From assembly GCA_015055515.1 (NCBI GenBank), contig SVIC01000001.1, positions 91,327-155,326 of the forward strand: DNA of 64,000 bases. The letters are read 5' to 3'. The translations under genes and the position numbers were made by a program. Below the pieces are notes generated by a model that searched no databases, was not told the DNA's origin, and saw only the letters and a list, made by a program, of their open reading frames with translations. Positions within the stretch are counted from its first letter, which is position 1; the number at the start of each line of letters is the position of its first letter. The DNA comes from Clostridiales bacterium. Its GTDB lineage: Bacteria; Bacillota; Clostridia; Christensenellales; UBA1242. Shown here in pieces: positions 39,265-47,861 of the stretch.

Positions 39265-40113
39265 ATGTCAATAAGATTAGTTATAGATTCTGCATCGGAT
39301 ATATCCAAGATTGAGGCAGAGAAATTAGGAATAATGCTAATGCCTATGATTATTAATTTTGATAAAGAAGAGTATTTAGATGGCGTTAATTTATTGCCAG
39401 AGGACTTCTATGAGAAGTTAACTAGTAGCAAAATATTGCCTAAAACTAGTCAGATTACAGCATACAGATTTGAAGAGGTAATGGATGAAATAACGGGCAA
39501 TGGTGATGAAGCGGTGGTAATAACTATTTCTTCTAAATTGTCTGGTACATATAATCAGGCGGTAATGGCATCGGAAAAATATAATGGCAAGATAAGAGTA
39601 ATAGATAGTCTAAATGCTTGTGCTGGTGAGAGGCTATTGGGAATGTATGCTATTAGATTAATAGAAGAGAGCAAGACTCTGGACGAGATAGAGCAAGAGT
39701 TAAATATTGCAAAGAAGAAGATAAATGTTACAGCAATGGTCGCTACACTGGAATATTTGAAGAAGGGTGGCAGGGTATCTTCAGCAGTAGCTTTTGTAGG
39801 CGGTATGCTATCTATTAAACCTATAATAGGAGTAGTAGATGGTGAGGTGAAATTAATCGGCAAGGCCATGGGAACAAAAAAAGCCTACAATCTAATAGAT
39901 AACTTAGTATCTAAGACATCTGGTATAGACTATACCATGCCTATAGCATATATTTGGTCGGGCATAGATAAGTCTAGCCTTGATAAATATTTGGAGAATT
40001 CTAATCTGGTAGATCCAGCGGTGAAATATGATATAGAGGGATTTAACTTAGGTGGCACAATAGGTACACATGTGGGACCAGGTGCTGTGGGTATTGCATT
40101 CTTTGAGAAATAA
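39265..40113 (+). CDS. DegV-family fatty-acid-binding protein
   Basis: IRLVIDSASD start, TSQ motif, ISSKLSGTYN, and YLKKGGR; 282 aa. Confidence 0.85.
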   Translation: MSIRLVIDSASDISKIEAEKLGIMLMPMIINFDKEEYLDGVNLLPEDFYEKLTSSKILPKTSQITAYRFEEVMDEITGNGDEAVVITISSKLSGTYNQAVMASEKYNGKIRVIDSLNACAGERLLGMYAIRLIEESKTLDEIEQELNIAKKKINVTAMVATLEYLKKGGRVSSAVAFVGGMLSIKPIIGVVDGEVKLIGKAMGTKKAYNLIDNLVSKTSGIDYTMPIAYIWSGIDKSSLDKYLENSNLVDPAVKYDIEGFNLGGTIGTHVGPGAVGIAFFEK

Positions 40114-40148
40114 AAAAGTTGTATATTTTAATACAACTTTTTTATGTT

Positions 40149-40664
40149 TTATTTAATTATTGATTTGATGTTTTTTAAGAAATAGTCCACCTCTGTATAA
40201 TTTCTTAAGATTATTATGTTTTTATTATCTTTATATTTTTCCAATATTTGTAATATTTTAGGCAGTGTATTGTCTTTGAAATTGGTGATAAATTGAATAA
40301 AATCATCTTCTAACTTTGTGTTATCAAATCCTTCTGCAAGGTCTGCAGTGCGATCTTTTTTTGATCGGTTAATTGCGTTTTGTATGCAGACATCAGTATC
40401 TATATCTAGTAGCACTATCGTGTCGGCTAGATTTATTCTCTGCTCAATTGTGGATATATAGTTACCATCTATTATCCAATTGTCATTTTTTTTAGCAAAT
40501 TGTGTAAATTGTTGCACCAACTCTTCACGAGTTATATGATTATCGTTGTCTATATGATATATTTTGTCTAAATGCAAGACTGGATATTTTAATATTTTTT
40601 CCATTTGGAATGTCATGGTGGATTTGCCACTGCCAGGACAACCAATTACAATAATCTTTGCCAT
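40149..40664 (-). CDS. P-loop kinase-like protein (adenylate kinase / topology-modulation-like)
   Basis: Walker A motif IGCPGSGKST at the N-terminus; 171 aa. Confidence 0.55.
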   Translation of the reverse strand: MAKIIVIGCPGSGKSTMTFQMEKILKYPVLHLDKIYHIDNDNHITREELVQQFTQFAKKNDNWIIDGNYISTIEQRINLADTIVLLDIDTDVCIQNAINRSKKDRTADLAEGFDNTKLEDDFIQFITNFKDNTLPKILQILEKYKDNKNIIILRNYTEVDYFLKNIKSIIK

Positions 40665-40761
40665 ATGTTCCTCCTTGATTTAACCCTATGGGTTAAACGC
40701 TGTGCATTTTTTTAGTGGAGTGTATGTAAAACGAATTGTTATTTAGAATATTTAATATATT

Positions 40762-41625
40762 TTAACCAAGAAATTTATTTGCATAAGTGCAGGTTTTGCA
40801 AAATTCTTCTGTAGTGTTCCTATCAGTAAACCCTTTATAAATATTTTGCGCTCTGGCGGTATTCAAAATATCGGTTATCTTACTTTCAAAAATATTGCCA
40901 AGTGCAAGTTTTCCTTCATTATCTAAACAACAAGCCACAACAGTTCCGTCACATAAAACTCCAAAATGAGAACGCAATCCGTAGCAGAATTTTATATTAT
41001 TTTTTTCTTTGTTTTCTGTGTTAATCGGCCACTCAAAAATTTCTGCAAAACTTATATAAATTTTATCGTTTATGCGTGTGTTATGTTGTAGATTTTCGCT
41101 AGCTATGTTTGTGCCAAATGTTTTGTTTATTTTCTCTACAATATTTTTGTTCAATGAGTTTTTAGCATTTTTATCGCTACTTTCATTCCATAATCTAAAT
41201 TCAATATAGGTAGGGCTGTTATCAGAAATTTCTTTACAAGACAATAGTACGTCTTTTAAGTAGTCGTCTAAGGAATTAGCATTATTATTAGCTTCAAAAC
41301 TATGTAGACTAACTGAAATTTTTTTTGCGCAACCAGATTTTAATAAATCTAAATTTTTCTTAAGTAGTGTTCCGTTGGTTGTCAAATATACATTTAGATT
41401 TTTTTTGTTGCAAATTTCAAATATTTCTTTTATGTTTGGGTGTAGCAAAGGCTCTCCCATAAGATGTAAACAAATAGTATTTGTTAAGGGAGATATCTCA
41501 TCTGTGATTGTATCAAATTCTTCTATGGTCATGTATTTTTTAGGACGACTATTTTTAGGACAAAATGAACAATTAAGATTACATATATTAGTTATTTCTA
41601 TATAAATTAACTTAAACTTTCTCAT
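40762..41625 (-). CDS. radical SAM protein with C-terminal SPASM/twitch-like Cys cluster
   Basis: CNLNCSFC (Cx3Cx2C) at residues ~15-22. The C-terminus is Cys-rich: CYGLRSHFGVLCDGTVVACC...CKTC. Confidence 0.75.
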   Translation of the reverse strand: MRKFKLIYIEITNICNLNCSFCPKNSRPKKYMTIEEFDTITDEISPLTNTICLHLMGEPLLHPNIKEIFEICNKKNLNVYLTTNGTLLKKNLDLLKSGCAKKISVSLHSFEANNNANSLDDYLKDVLLSCKEISDNSPTYIEFRLWNESSDKNAKNSLNKNIVEKINKTFGTNIASENLQHNTRINDKIYISFAEIFEWPINTENKEKNNIKFCYGLRSHFGVLCDGTVVACCLDNEGKLALGNIFESKITDILNTARAQNIYKGFTDRNTTEEFCKTCTYANKFLG

Positions 41626-41761
41626 GTTTATATAATAACAAATTTAATAAAATATATAAACCAAAAACATTTTATCTTTAATATTTTATTCTAATTTATT
41701 AAAAACATGAAAAAGTTAAGATGGAATATAATGGCATATGAGTTGGAAACTAAATTTTTAA

Positions 41762-41802
41762 TAAAAAAAAAGAACAACCCGAACACAAGTGTTCTGATTG
41801 TT
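41762..41802 (-). terminator. strong terminator closing the tRNA-Ser(CGA) locus
   Basis: On the minus strand: AACAATCAGAACAC-TT-GTGTTCGGGTTGTT followed by a C and a T9 run. Confidence 0.7.
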
Positions 41803-41808
41803 ATCACT

Positions 41809-41825
41809 TGGCGGAAAGTGAGGGA
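41809..41825 (-). repeat. 17-nt copy of the tRNA-Ser(CGA) 3' end (att-like scar)
   Basis: TCCCTCACTTTCCGCCA is identical to the last 17 nt of the tRNA at 41990-42006. The upstream sequence does not fold as a tRNA. Confidence 0.8.
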
Positions 41826-41989
41826 GGTGGTGCAGACGAGCATGGCGAGGCAAATTTCTGGAGCGGTGTGCTTGCACACTTTGGCGAAAGAATACAGGTT
41901 CAAATCGTACGCATAGCGTACAATGGCATTTTTGCCATACTCACATTTCTGTCATCAAAAAAAGTTCGCAAACTGCGAGCCTTATTTCA

Positions 41990-42079
41990 TGGCGGAAAGT
42001 GAGGGATTTGAACCCCCGGAACAATTGCTTGTTCAACAGATTTCGAATCTGCCTCGTTCGACCACTCCGACAACTTTCC
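41990..42079 (-). tRNA. tRNA-Ser (anticodon CGA), CCA encoded
   Basis: The reverse complement runs GGAAAGT...ACTTTCCGCCA. It has a 7-bp acceptor stem, anticodon loop TTCGAAA, a long variable arm and T-arm GGGGG-TTCAAAT-CCCTC. Confidence 0.9.
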
Positions 42080-42096
42080 ATACATTTACAGACATT

Positions 42097-42125
42097 AGTA
42101 TAATGATTTTATTGCTTTTTGTAAA
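42097..42125 (-). promoter_or_regulatory. promoter of tRNA-Ser(CGA)
   Basis: On the minus strand: TTTACA, a 17-nt spacer, then TATACT. The -10 element lies about 17 nt upstream of the mature 5' end. Confidence 0.5.
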
Positions 42126-42256
42126 TTGTTTTTTGTTAATTTGTGCTAATAAAATTTAAGTTTTTGGGAAGTGTTAATTTATTTTGATGGATTTTTTGTT
42201 TGTTTTTTCATATATTTTTATTGTATTATATAAGCATATCTAAGGAGGTTGTGCAA

Positions 42257-43141
42257 ATGGATTTAGTAGTAATGGCTGCTGGTATGGGCAGTAGATTTGG
42301 TGGTTTGAAGCAAATTCAACCAATTGATAATGATGAGAATTTTATTATAGATTATTCGGTATATGATGCTATCAGGGCGGGTTTTGATAGGGTTATATTT
42401 ATCATAAAAGAAGAAAATTACGATATCTTCCGATCAACTATCGGCAATAGATTAAGTAAGATTATAAAGGTAGAATATGTGTTCCAAAAGTTGGATGATG
42501 TGCCAGATGGTGTTCAGTTTCCTGCTAGTAGGGTAAAACCTTGGGGTACAGCGCATGCAATATATGCAGTGCGTGATATTGTTAGCGACAGGTTTGCAGT
42601 TATCAATGCAGATGATTTCTATGGTTATGAGTCATACAAGATAATTGCTGATTTCTTGAGGTCTAATAGCGATGATGAATTTGCTAGTGTAGGTTATTAT
42701 ATGAAGAACACTCTTAGTGACAAGGGTGCTGTAAAGAGAGGTATGTTTGTAGAAAATAACGGTGTATATAGTCTTGTAGAGAGTCAAGTGGAGAGGCGTG
42801 ACGGTAAATTATGGGCAACACCGCTAGACCAAGATAATTGGCGTGAGATACCAGAAGATACGCTAGCATCTATGAATATGTTTGGCTTTACTAGAAAACT
42901 TATAGATAGACTAGGTGTGGATATTGTGGAATTCTTTAACACCGAGAATTTGGAGAAAGGTGAGTTCCTTATACCATTTGTAGTGGATAATATGGTGCAA
43001 GAAGGTGAGGTCGTATTGAAGGTAGAGAAGACTCCTGCAAAGTGGTATGGTATTACATACAAGGAAGACTTGGAAGACTTCAAGAAGGCTATAGATCAGA
43101 TGATAGCAGATGGCGTATATCCAAAGCACTTGTATAATTAA
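42257..43141 (+). CDS. sugar-phosphate nucleotidyltransferase family protein
   Basis: N-terminal MAAGMGSRFGGLKQ signature and a DDFYG motif. ATG 42257 lies 8 nt after AAGGAGG; the track start 42200 is upstream of the RBS. Confidence 0.7.
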   Translation: MDLVVMAAGMGSRFGGLKQIQPIDNDENFIIDYSVYDAIRAGFDRVIFIIKEENYDIFRSTIGNRLSKIIKVEYVFQKLDDVPDGVQFPASRVKPWGTAHAIYAVRDIVSDRFAVINADDFYGYESYKIIADFLRSNSDDEFASVGYYMKNTLSDKGAVKRGMFVENNGVYSLVESQVERRDGKLWATPLDQDNWREIPEDTLASMNMFGFTRKLIDRLGVDIVEFFNTENLEKGEFLIPFVVDNMVQEGEVVLKVEKTPAKWYGITYKEDLEDFKKAIDQMIADGVYPKHLYN

Positions 43142-43215
43142 AAAATATAAATATCTGTTCTATGATATAGGGCAGATATTTTTTTGTGTTCTTGTATTAT
43201 ACATGATTAAATATC

Positions 43216-43245
43216 TTGACACAAATCCAAGTTGTGTGCTAGAAT
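43216..43245 (+). promoter_or_regulatory. promoter of tRNA-Ser(GGA)
   Basis: TTGACA, an 18-nt spacer, then an extended -10 TGcTAGAAT. Confidence 0.55.
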
Positions 43246-43267
43246 GGTCGTGCAATTAAATATTTTT

Positions 43268-43355
43268 GGAGAGGTGTCAGAGTGGTCGATTGTGCAGTCT
43301 TGGAACGGCTGTGTACGGCAACGTACCGCAGGTTCAAATCCTGTCCTCTCCGCCA
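43268..43355 (+). tRNA. tRNA-Ser (anticodon GGA), CCA encoded
   Basis: GGAGAGG...CCTCTCCGCCA acceptor stem, anticodon loop TTGGAAC, a long variable arm and T-arm GCAGG-TTCAAAT-CCTGT. Confidence 0.9.
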
Positions 43356-43510
43356 AAATTAGCACAAAATTATTTGTGCATTTTTTATGTAGAGGGCAGG
43401 ATATGCAGATATGCATCTGCTAGCCAACTTACGTTGTCTTTTGAACCGCTTTACTCGGGTACCCGTCACTGTCGTGCCACCCGAGGTGTCCAACCCTTGG
43501 TTGCATAGAC

Positions 43511-43532
43511 AAATCCTGTCCTCTCCGCCAAA
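43511..43532 (+). repeat. second copy of tRNA-Ser(GGA) 3' end (22 nt)
   Basis: AAATCCTGTCCTCTCCGCCAAA is identical to 43336-43357. It is followed by its own terminator-like hairpin and a T7 run (43541-43567). Confidence 0.8.
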
Positions 43533-43694
43533 GAACAAAAGCCCAGTGTGTACTGTGGCTTTTTTTCTGATAGGTGTGAGGACTGAGCTTTATAAAAAGC
43601 TCAACGCGTATACGCGAAGGATTTTCACTTGTATTCTGCACTTAGAAAAAAACAGTTTTTCCGTGCAGAAATGTGTCGCTATGCTCCACACCAC

Positions 43695-43772
43695 ATCCTG
43701 TCCTCTCCGCCAAAATTAGCACAAAATTATTTGTGCATTTTTTATTTCAAGGATGGGATATGCAGATATATA
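43695..43772 (+). repeat. third copy of tRNA-Ser(GGA) 3' end plus downstream terminator (~80 nt direct repeat of 43338-43415)
   Basis: 51 nt are identical (ATCCTGTCCTCTCCGCCAAAATTAGCACAAAATTATTTGTGCATTTTTTAT = 43338-43388). Patchy identity follows, including GGATATGCAGATAT. Confidence 0.85.
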
Positions 43773-43900
43773 TCTATAGGAGACAAAATGTTGTTATTTT
43801 AGAATAGAAATTTTTACAAACTATTTTTTTATTTATGTTTTGTCTTGTTGTAGGTTGTGTGCTAAAATATGTTAAAATTAAATGAGGTGTAAGATCTATT

Positions 43901-44221
43901 ATGGTGGGAAGATACAAGGTTATTACATTGTGTGGTAGTACAAAGTTCAAAGATGACTTTTTGCGTGAGCAAAAGAGGCTATCTTTGGAGGGAAATATTG
44001 TTATATCGGTAGGCATGTTTGGTCATAGTGGTGATGATGAGGTGTTAACGGAAGATAAAATAGCGATGTTTGCTGATATGCACAAGCGAAAGATAGACAT
44101 GGCTGATGAGATTTTTGTTATTAATAAGGATGGATATATAGGTAGTAGTACAAGATCGGAAATTGAGTATGCTATTAGTACTAATAAGGTTGTTCGATAT
44201 ATGGAGCCGATAGAAGAATAG
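43901..44221 (+). CDS. hypothetical small protein (possibly nucleoside 2-deoxyribosyltransferase-like fold)
   Basis: 106 aa. The N-terminal VITLCGSTKFKDDF...GNIVISVG strand-loop pattern and the C-terminal GYIGSSTRSEIEYA recall small Rossmann-like proteins common on phages and islands. The assignment is tentative. Confidence 0.35.
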   Translation: MVGRYKVITLCGSTKFKDDFLREQKRLSLEGNIVISVGMFGHSGDDEVLTEDKIAMFADMHKRKIDMADEIFVINKDGYIGSSTRSEIEYAISTNKVVRYMEPIEE

Positions 44222-44350
44222 AATTACGTACTATTCAAATGATAACAAAACCTCAATATTAGTGAATACTATCATCTGATAGTAAAAAATTATATTTAAT
44301 ATAGATTTTAACCATACTAAATACATTGTATTAAAGAGGTGTATTAGAGT

Positions 44351-44566
44351 ATGGCGTATTATAATTATCATGCTACGGCAAAGAGAATGATTGGGGAGGG
44401 GAAATTAATAGGTTATTATTTCACAGAAAAGCACAATAATATCTCTCCAGCACTAGTGCTTGTATTCAATGATTGCAAGCATGGTGTGATGCCAATAAGA
44501 GAATATAGGTGGGGAGAATATTTGTCACTGCTTGATGAGAATTTGATGATAGAAGAGCCTAATTAA
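44351..44566 (+). CDS. hypothetical protein, 71 aa
   Basis: An ORF with an AAGAGGTG RBS. I recognise no motif. Confidence 0.4.
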   Translation: MAYYNYHATAKRMIGEGKLIGYYFTEKHNNISPALVLVFNDCKHGVMPIREYRWGEYLSLLDENLMIEEPN

Positions 44567-44666
44567 AGCCATATGTTTAATATCTGAATAGTAGTTATCT
44601 CTATTAACAATGTCAGAATATAAATGTCGATCTATGACATATTGAATATTTACAAAGGAGAAGATT

Positions 44667-45131
44667 ATGAGGATAGTTAATACAACATTGTTATTTCTTG
44701 TGCAAGATGGCAAAATATTACTAGCAGAAAAGAAGAGGGGTTTTGGTGCTGGAAAAATTAATGGAGTAGGTGGTAAAATTGAGAATGGAGAGACTGTAGA
44801 GTCTGCCATGATTAGAGAGGCACAAGAAGAAATTGGGATAAAGCCTACAAAATATAAGGAAATGGCCAACATAACCTTTGATGAGTATTTTGCTGGAGAA
44901 AAAGAGAAGGTAGTTATGAGTGTATTTGTAGCAAGTGAATATGAGGGTGTGATAAGTGAAAGTGATGAAATGAAGCCATATTGGTATGGTTTGAATAGTA
45001 TTCCATATGACAAGATGTTTGTGGATGATAAGTATTGGCTACCACATGTATTAGACAATCACTTTGTTACAGCAGAGTTTGATTTTGATGAGCATTTCAA
45101 TATTATAAATAGTAATATAGCAGTAAAATAA
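44667..45131 (+). CDS. NUDIX hydrolase (MutT/8-oxo-dGTPase-like)
   Basis: Nudix box GGKIENGETVESAMIREAQEEIGI; AAAGGAG RBS; 154 aa. Confidence 0.8.
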   Translation: MRIVNTTLLFLVQDGKILLAEKKRGFGAGKINGVGGKIENGETVESAMIREAQEEIGIKPTKYKEMANITFDEYFAGEKEKVVMSVFVASEYEGVISESDEMKPYWYGLNSIPYDKMFVDDKYWLPHVLDNHFVTAEFDFDEHFNIINSNIAVK

Positions 45132-45166
45132 AAAAATTCTAATCGTAAATGATTAGAATTTTTTAA

Positions 45167-46069
45167 CTATTTATCCATTTCGTCTGCATTAATTGGTTTG
45201 TATATAATGTTGTTGTGTGGATTTGCTCTTAAATTCTCTATTTCTTCTTTTCTGGCTTCGTTTTGTTTGTATAATGTTGCATACAATTCTTCTGCTTCTT
45301 CAGGACTTATTTGCATATCTGGGTGTGGTGTGCCGTATTTATCTACAGAATTCTTGTGTTCACAGTAGTATTCATATCTCTTTGCTTTTAGCCAGTTTTC
45401 TTTATGTCCTTCATCTGCAGGTTTTAATCCTCTAAACCTGTCTACAGTAGAATCAAATTCATTTCTAAATCCAGTTTCTAAATAAACCTCTCTGAATATG
45501 TCTGCGTTCTTCTCAATGCCTTCCTCGATTACTACTCTGTCCATACCTATAGCAGATAGCGTCTTTACTACTCCACTACGAAATACTTCTACTGTGTTGG
45601 GACTAAATATTAGAGATAATTCATCATATCCTTTTGGTAGTAACCATCCCTCTCCACCATTTTTCATGTAATTGATTTGCCATTTTACTATTTCAAGTTC
45701 GTGATTATGTCTTAACTCATTAAATCTTTCAGAATTGGTTAAAAATTCAGTAGCTATTGATCTAGGGATCAAGATTCCATCTTTTAGTAAATTTTTATAT
45801 AGCAGTTCGCCCAACCATTCGTTGTCTCTTAGGTGGCAAGGTAGGTTACTATAAGATACTTTTTTCTCTTTCCTAAAACAGTTTGAGTACCAATGTCCAC
45901 TATTTGGGAAGAATTCTTCTATTTTTTCGTTCAAGATCTCTGCTTGTTTTTCTTTATCTAATACAATCTTATATATAACTGGTTTTGAAGATGCTGATTT
46001 TGAAGTTTGGTTGTCTTTGTTTGTTTCGTTTGCTTGTTTTTTTCTTTTCAAATAATCAAATATGTTCAC
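45167..46069 (-). CDS. hypothetical protein, ~300 aa
   Basis: A long ORF. The in-frame GTG 46069 is preceded by AAAGGAG; the track start 46129 has no RBS. I recognise no motif. Confidence 0.45.
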   Translation of the reverse strand: MNIFDYLKRKKQANETNKDNQTSKSASSKPVIYKIVLDKEKQAEILNEKIEEFFPNSGHWYSNCFRKEKKVSYSNLPCHLRDNEWLGELLYKNLLKDGILIPRSIATEFLTNSERFNELRHNHELEIVKWQINYMKNGGEGWLLPKGYDELSLIFSPNTVEVFRSGVVKTLSAIGMDRVVIEEGIEKNADIFREVYLETGFRNEFDSTVDRFRGLKPADEGHKENWLKAKRYEYYCEHKNSVDKYGTPHPDMQISPEEAEELYATLYKQNEARKEEIENLRANPHNNIIYKPINADEMDK

Positions 46070-46204
46070 TATATATGCTCCTTTCTGATATCGTGCCTTA
46101 AGTATAACATAAGAGTTATTTGATTGCAATAGGGATATAAAATTTTGATCTTGAAAATTTCTTGCAGTTGTGATATGATAGAGTCATATTGCTGGAGCAA
46201 AAAA

Positions 46205-46363
46205 ATGAAAGAAAACGTATACAAATATTTCATAAATTTGGATAAATACAAGGAAGGAAATAAGCCTATTGATTTAGGTGGTTTTTCTCCTGTTCGTACA
46301 AAGGTAACTTCAATATATTGGGAGTATAACAGAAATAATCTTGGTAGGGATTTGGGATTATAA
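46205..46363 (+). CDS. hypothetical small protein, 52 aa
   Basis: ATG 46205 lies about 8 nt after GGAG. The ORF is followed by a GAGGG...CCCTC hairpin and a T6 run. Support is weak. Confidence 0.25.
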   Translation: MKENVYKYFINLDKYKEGNKPIDLGGFSPVRTKVTSIYWEYNRNNLGRDLGL

Positions 46364-46480
46364 AGAGAAAGAGGGGAGTTAAATGAAGTGAACCCTCTTT
46401 TTTGTTGTTATGGAAGGAATGATTGTTTTCGAAAAAATTGCATCTAGACATTGGTGTATATATGTGGTATAATGTATATT

Positions 46481-47029
46481 ATGGAATTGTTAAAATTATC
46501 AAAGATTAATAATTTGTCGGCATTTGTTATGTCTACGTGGGATTATTTTTATACCAGTGAGTATGGTTATCATAACTTGCGTCGTTTTATATGTGAGCAT
46601 GGTATGAGTGAATTTGTGCAAGTAATGCAACAAGAAGTGCAGTCTAGTAGTACAGAATATGGCTATGTATTGCATGATTATTTGGGTAAAATATATTCAT
46701 TCACATATTGCACAATGACCAAGGATCTAGCAACTAATGAGAAAGAATTATATATTCAGTATATTGGTACACATCCAGAGCGACAAGGAATGGGATATGC
46801 ATCAAAATTGTTAACAAAGTTATTTGCAAACCCGGAAAAATATGTAGGAGATAGGCCTGATGTTGTAAGGGCGTTAATAGACAAAGAAAATCCCAATTGT
46901 TTCAAGATGTTTAGAAAATTCACAGATTTTAGAGATGCAGAAGATGTTATGGATATGAAATTGGTTACAATGGATTATAATCAAATAATGGAAAATATTA
47001 ATAATAGCGATAAAGAAAGAGGTAGGTAG
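46481..47029 (+). CDS. GNAT-family N-acetyltransferase-like protein
   Basis: YIGTHPERQGMGYASKLL fits the acetyl-CoA-binding (Q/R-x-x-G-x-G/A) motif. ATG 46481 lies 8 nt downstream of the promoter TAGACA-17-TATAAT, so the transcript is probably leaderless. Confidence 0.5.
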   Translation: MELLKLSKINNLSAFVMSTWDYFYTSEYGYHNLRRFICEHGMSEFVQVMQQEVQSSSTEYGYVLHDYLGKIYSFTYCTMTKDLATNEKELYIQYIGTHPERQGMGYASKLLTKLFANPEKYVGDRPDVVRALIDKENPNCFKMFRKFTDFRDAEDVMDMKLVTMDYNQIMENINNSDKERGR

Positions 47030-47108
47030 AAATATACTTACTTTTTTGTTTTATAAATTTCTAATGGAGGATTTCTCTATATGTGCTATAATAAATGAGG
47101 AGGGGTTT

Positions 47109-47819
47109 ATGAATTTTACTAGAAAATGGACGATTAGAGATATTAATGATTATTATAAATTTCTAAAAGAAAATAGCAAGGGTGCTGAGAAGGCGGAGTG
47201 GGAAAAGAGGATAGCGAATACATCTATGCCTTGTCTTGCAGTGCCTAGTACTGTTGTAGATATTGTTGCTAGAGATATATCTAAGAGTGACTATATTAGT
47301 TTTCTGAATATATGGCCATGGGAATATTTGGTTGATACTCAAGTGATTGCAAAGGTCTTAAATAGAATACAAAAAGATGATAGGTATTGGGACTATTTAG
47401 ATCGATATGTTAATCTTTGCGATAATTGGGCGTCCACCGATTGCCTTAGATTTAAGTTGACAAGAAGTAACAAGGAAAAATTATGGGAAAAGGCTATAGA
47501 ATATATAAATAATGATAGGCCTTTTGTGAAAAGAGTTGGCATGATTATATTGATGAAAGCCTTTGTATGTGATGAATATATAGATAAGATATTTGAAATA
47601 TTAAATTCTCTAAAAGGAAACGATCATTATTACGTAATGATGATGGAGGCATGGTTGCTGTGCGAATGTGTGATAAAGGTGAGAAGTAAGTCCATACAAT
47701 ATTTGCAAGAGGCGAATTTAGATAAATTTGTAATCAATAAGGCGATTAGTAAGTGTAGAGATAGTTATAGACTAAGTAGTGCAGAGAAAGAGTATTTGAA
47801 GTCGTTAAAAAGGGTGTAA
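47109..47819 (+). CDS. DNA alkylation repair (AlkD-like HEAT-repeat) protein
   Basis: ATG 47109 follows GAGGAGGGG. It is about 236 aa and all-helical, and its layout (W..R....S.....L.V....V..IA..I; W.R..G.I.L) recalls the DNA_alkylation family. Confidence 0.45.
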   Translation: MNFTRKWTIRDINDYYKFLKENSKGAEKAEWEKRIANTSMPCLAVPSTVVDIVARDISKSDYISFLNIWPWEYLVDTQVIAKVLNRIQKDDRYWDYLDRYVNLCDNWASTDCLRFKLTRSNKEKLWEKAIEYINNDRPFVKRVGMIILMKAFVCDEYIDKIFEILNSLKGNDHYYVMMMEAWLLCECVIKVRSKSIQYLQEANLDKFVINKAISKCRDSYRLSSAEKEYLKSLKRV

Positions 47820-47861
47820 AAAAATAGGCAATATGAAATTAAAGCATATTGCCTATTTTTT

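Noticed and set aside
41809-41890. Possible degenerate second tRNA ending in the duplicated ...ACTTTCCGCCA.
   Set aside because: I tried to fold about 80 nt upstream as a cloverleaf. There is no T-arm (the TTCAAAT loop is replaced by CACCACC), the only candidate anticodon hairpin has a 2-nt loop, and the 5' acceptor strand pairs at only 5 of 7 positions. Only the last 17 nt derive from the tRNA.
41707-42159. Track ORFs 41707..41916, 41808..42002 and 41923..42159 (+), and similarly 43207..43719 (both strands) and 59419..59691.
   Set aside because: They run through tRNA genes, their terminators and the att-like repeats. They have no RBS, and the region is better explained as RNA genes plus scars.
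43336-43714. A 20-22-nt sequence repeated three times at ~175-nt intervals, considered as a possible CRISPR array.
   Set aside because: The repeat is the 3' end of the adjacent tRNA-Ser. The spacing is far too long and is irregular. One copy extends to a ~80-nt duplication, and no cas genes or leader are present.
43851-43865. GTTGTGTGCTAAAAT upstream of the 106-aa gene resembles the extended -10 region of the tRNA-Ser(GGA) promoter (GTTGTGTGCTAGAAT at 43231-43245).
   Set aside because: An 11-nt identity in an AT-rich 64-kb window is expected by chance many times. Both may simply be extended -10 promoters, and there is no flanking similarity to support a duplication.
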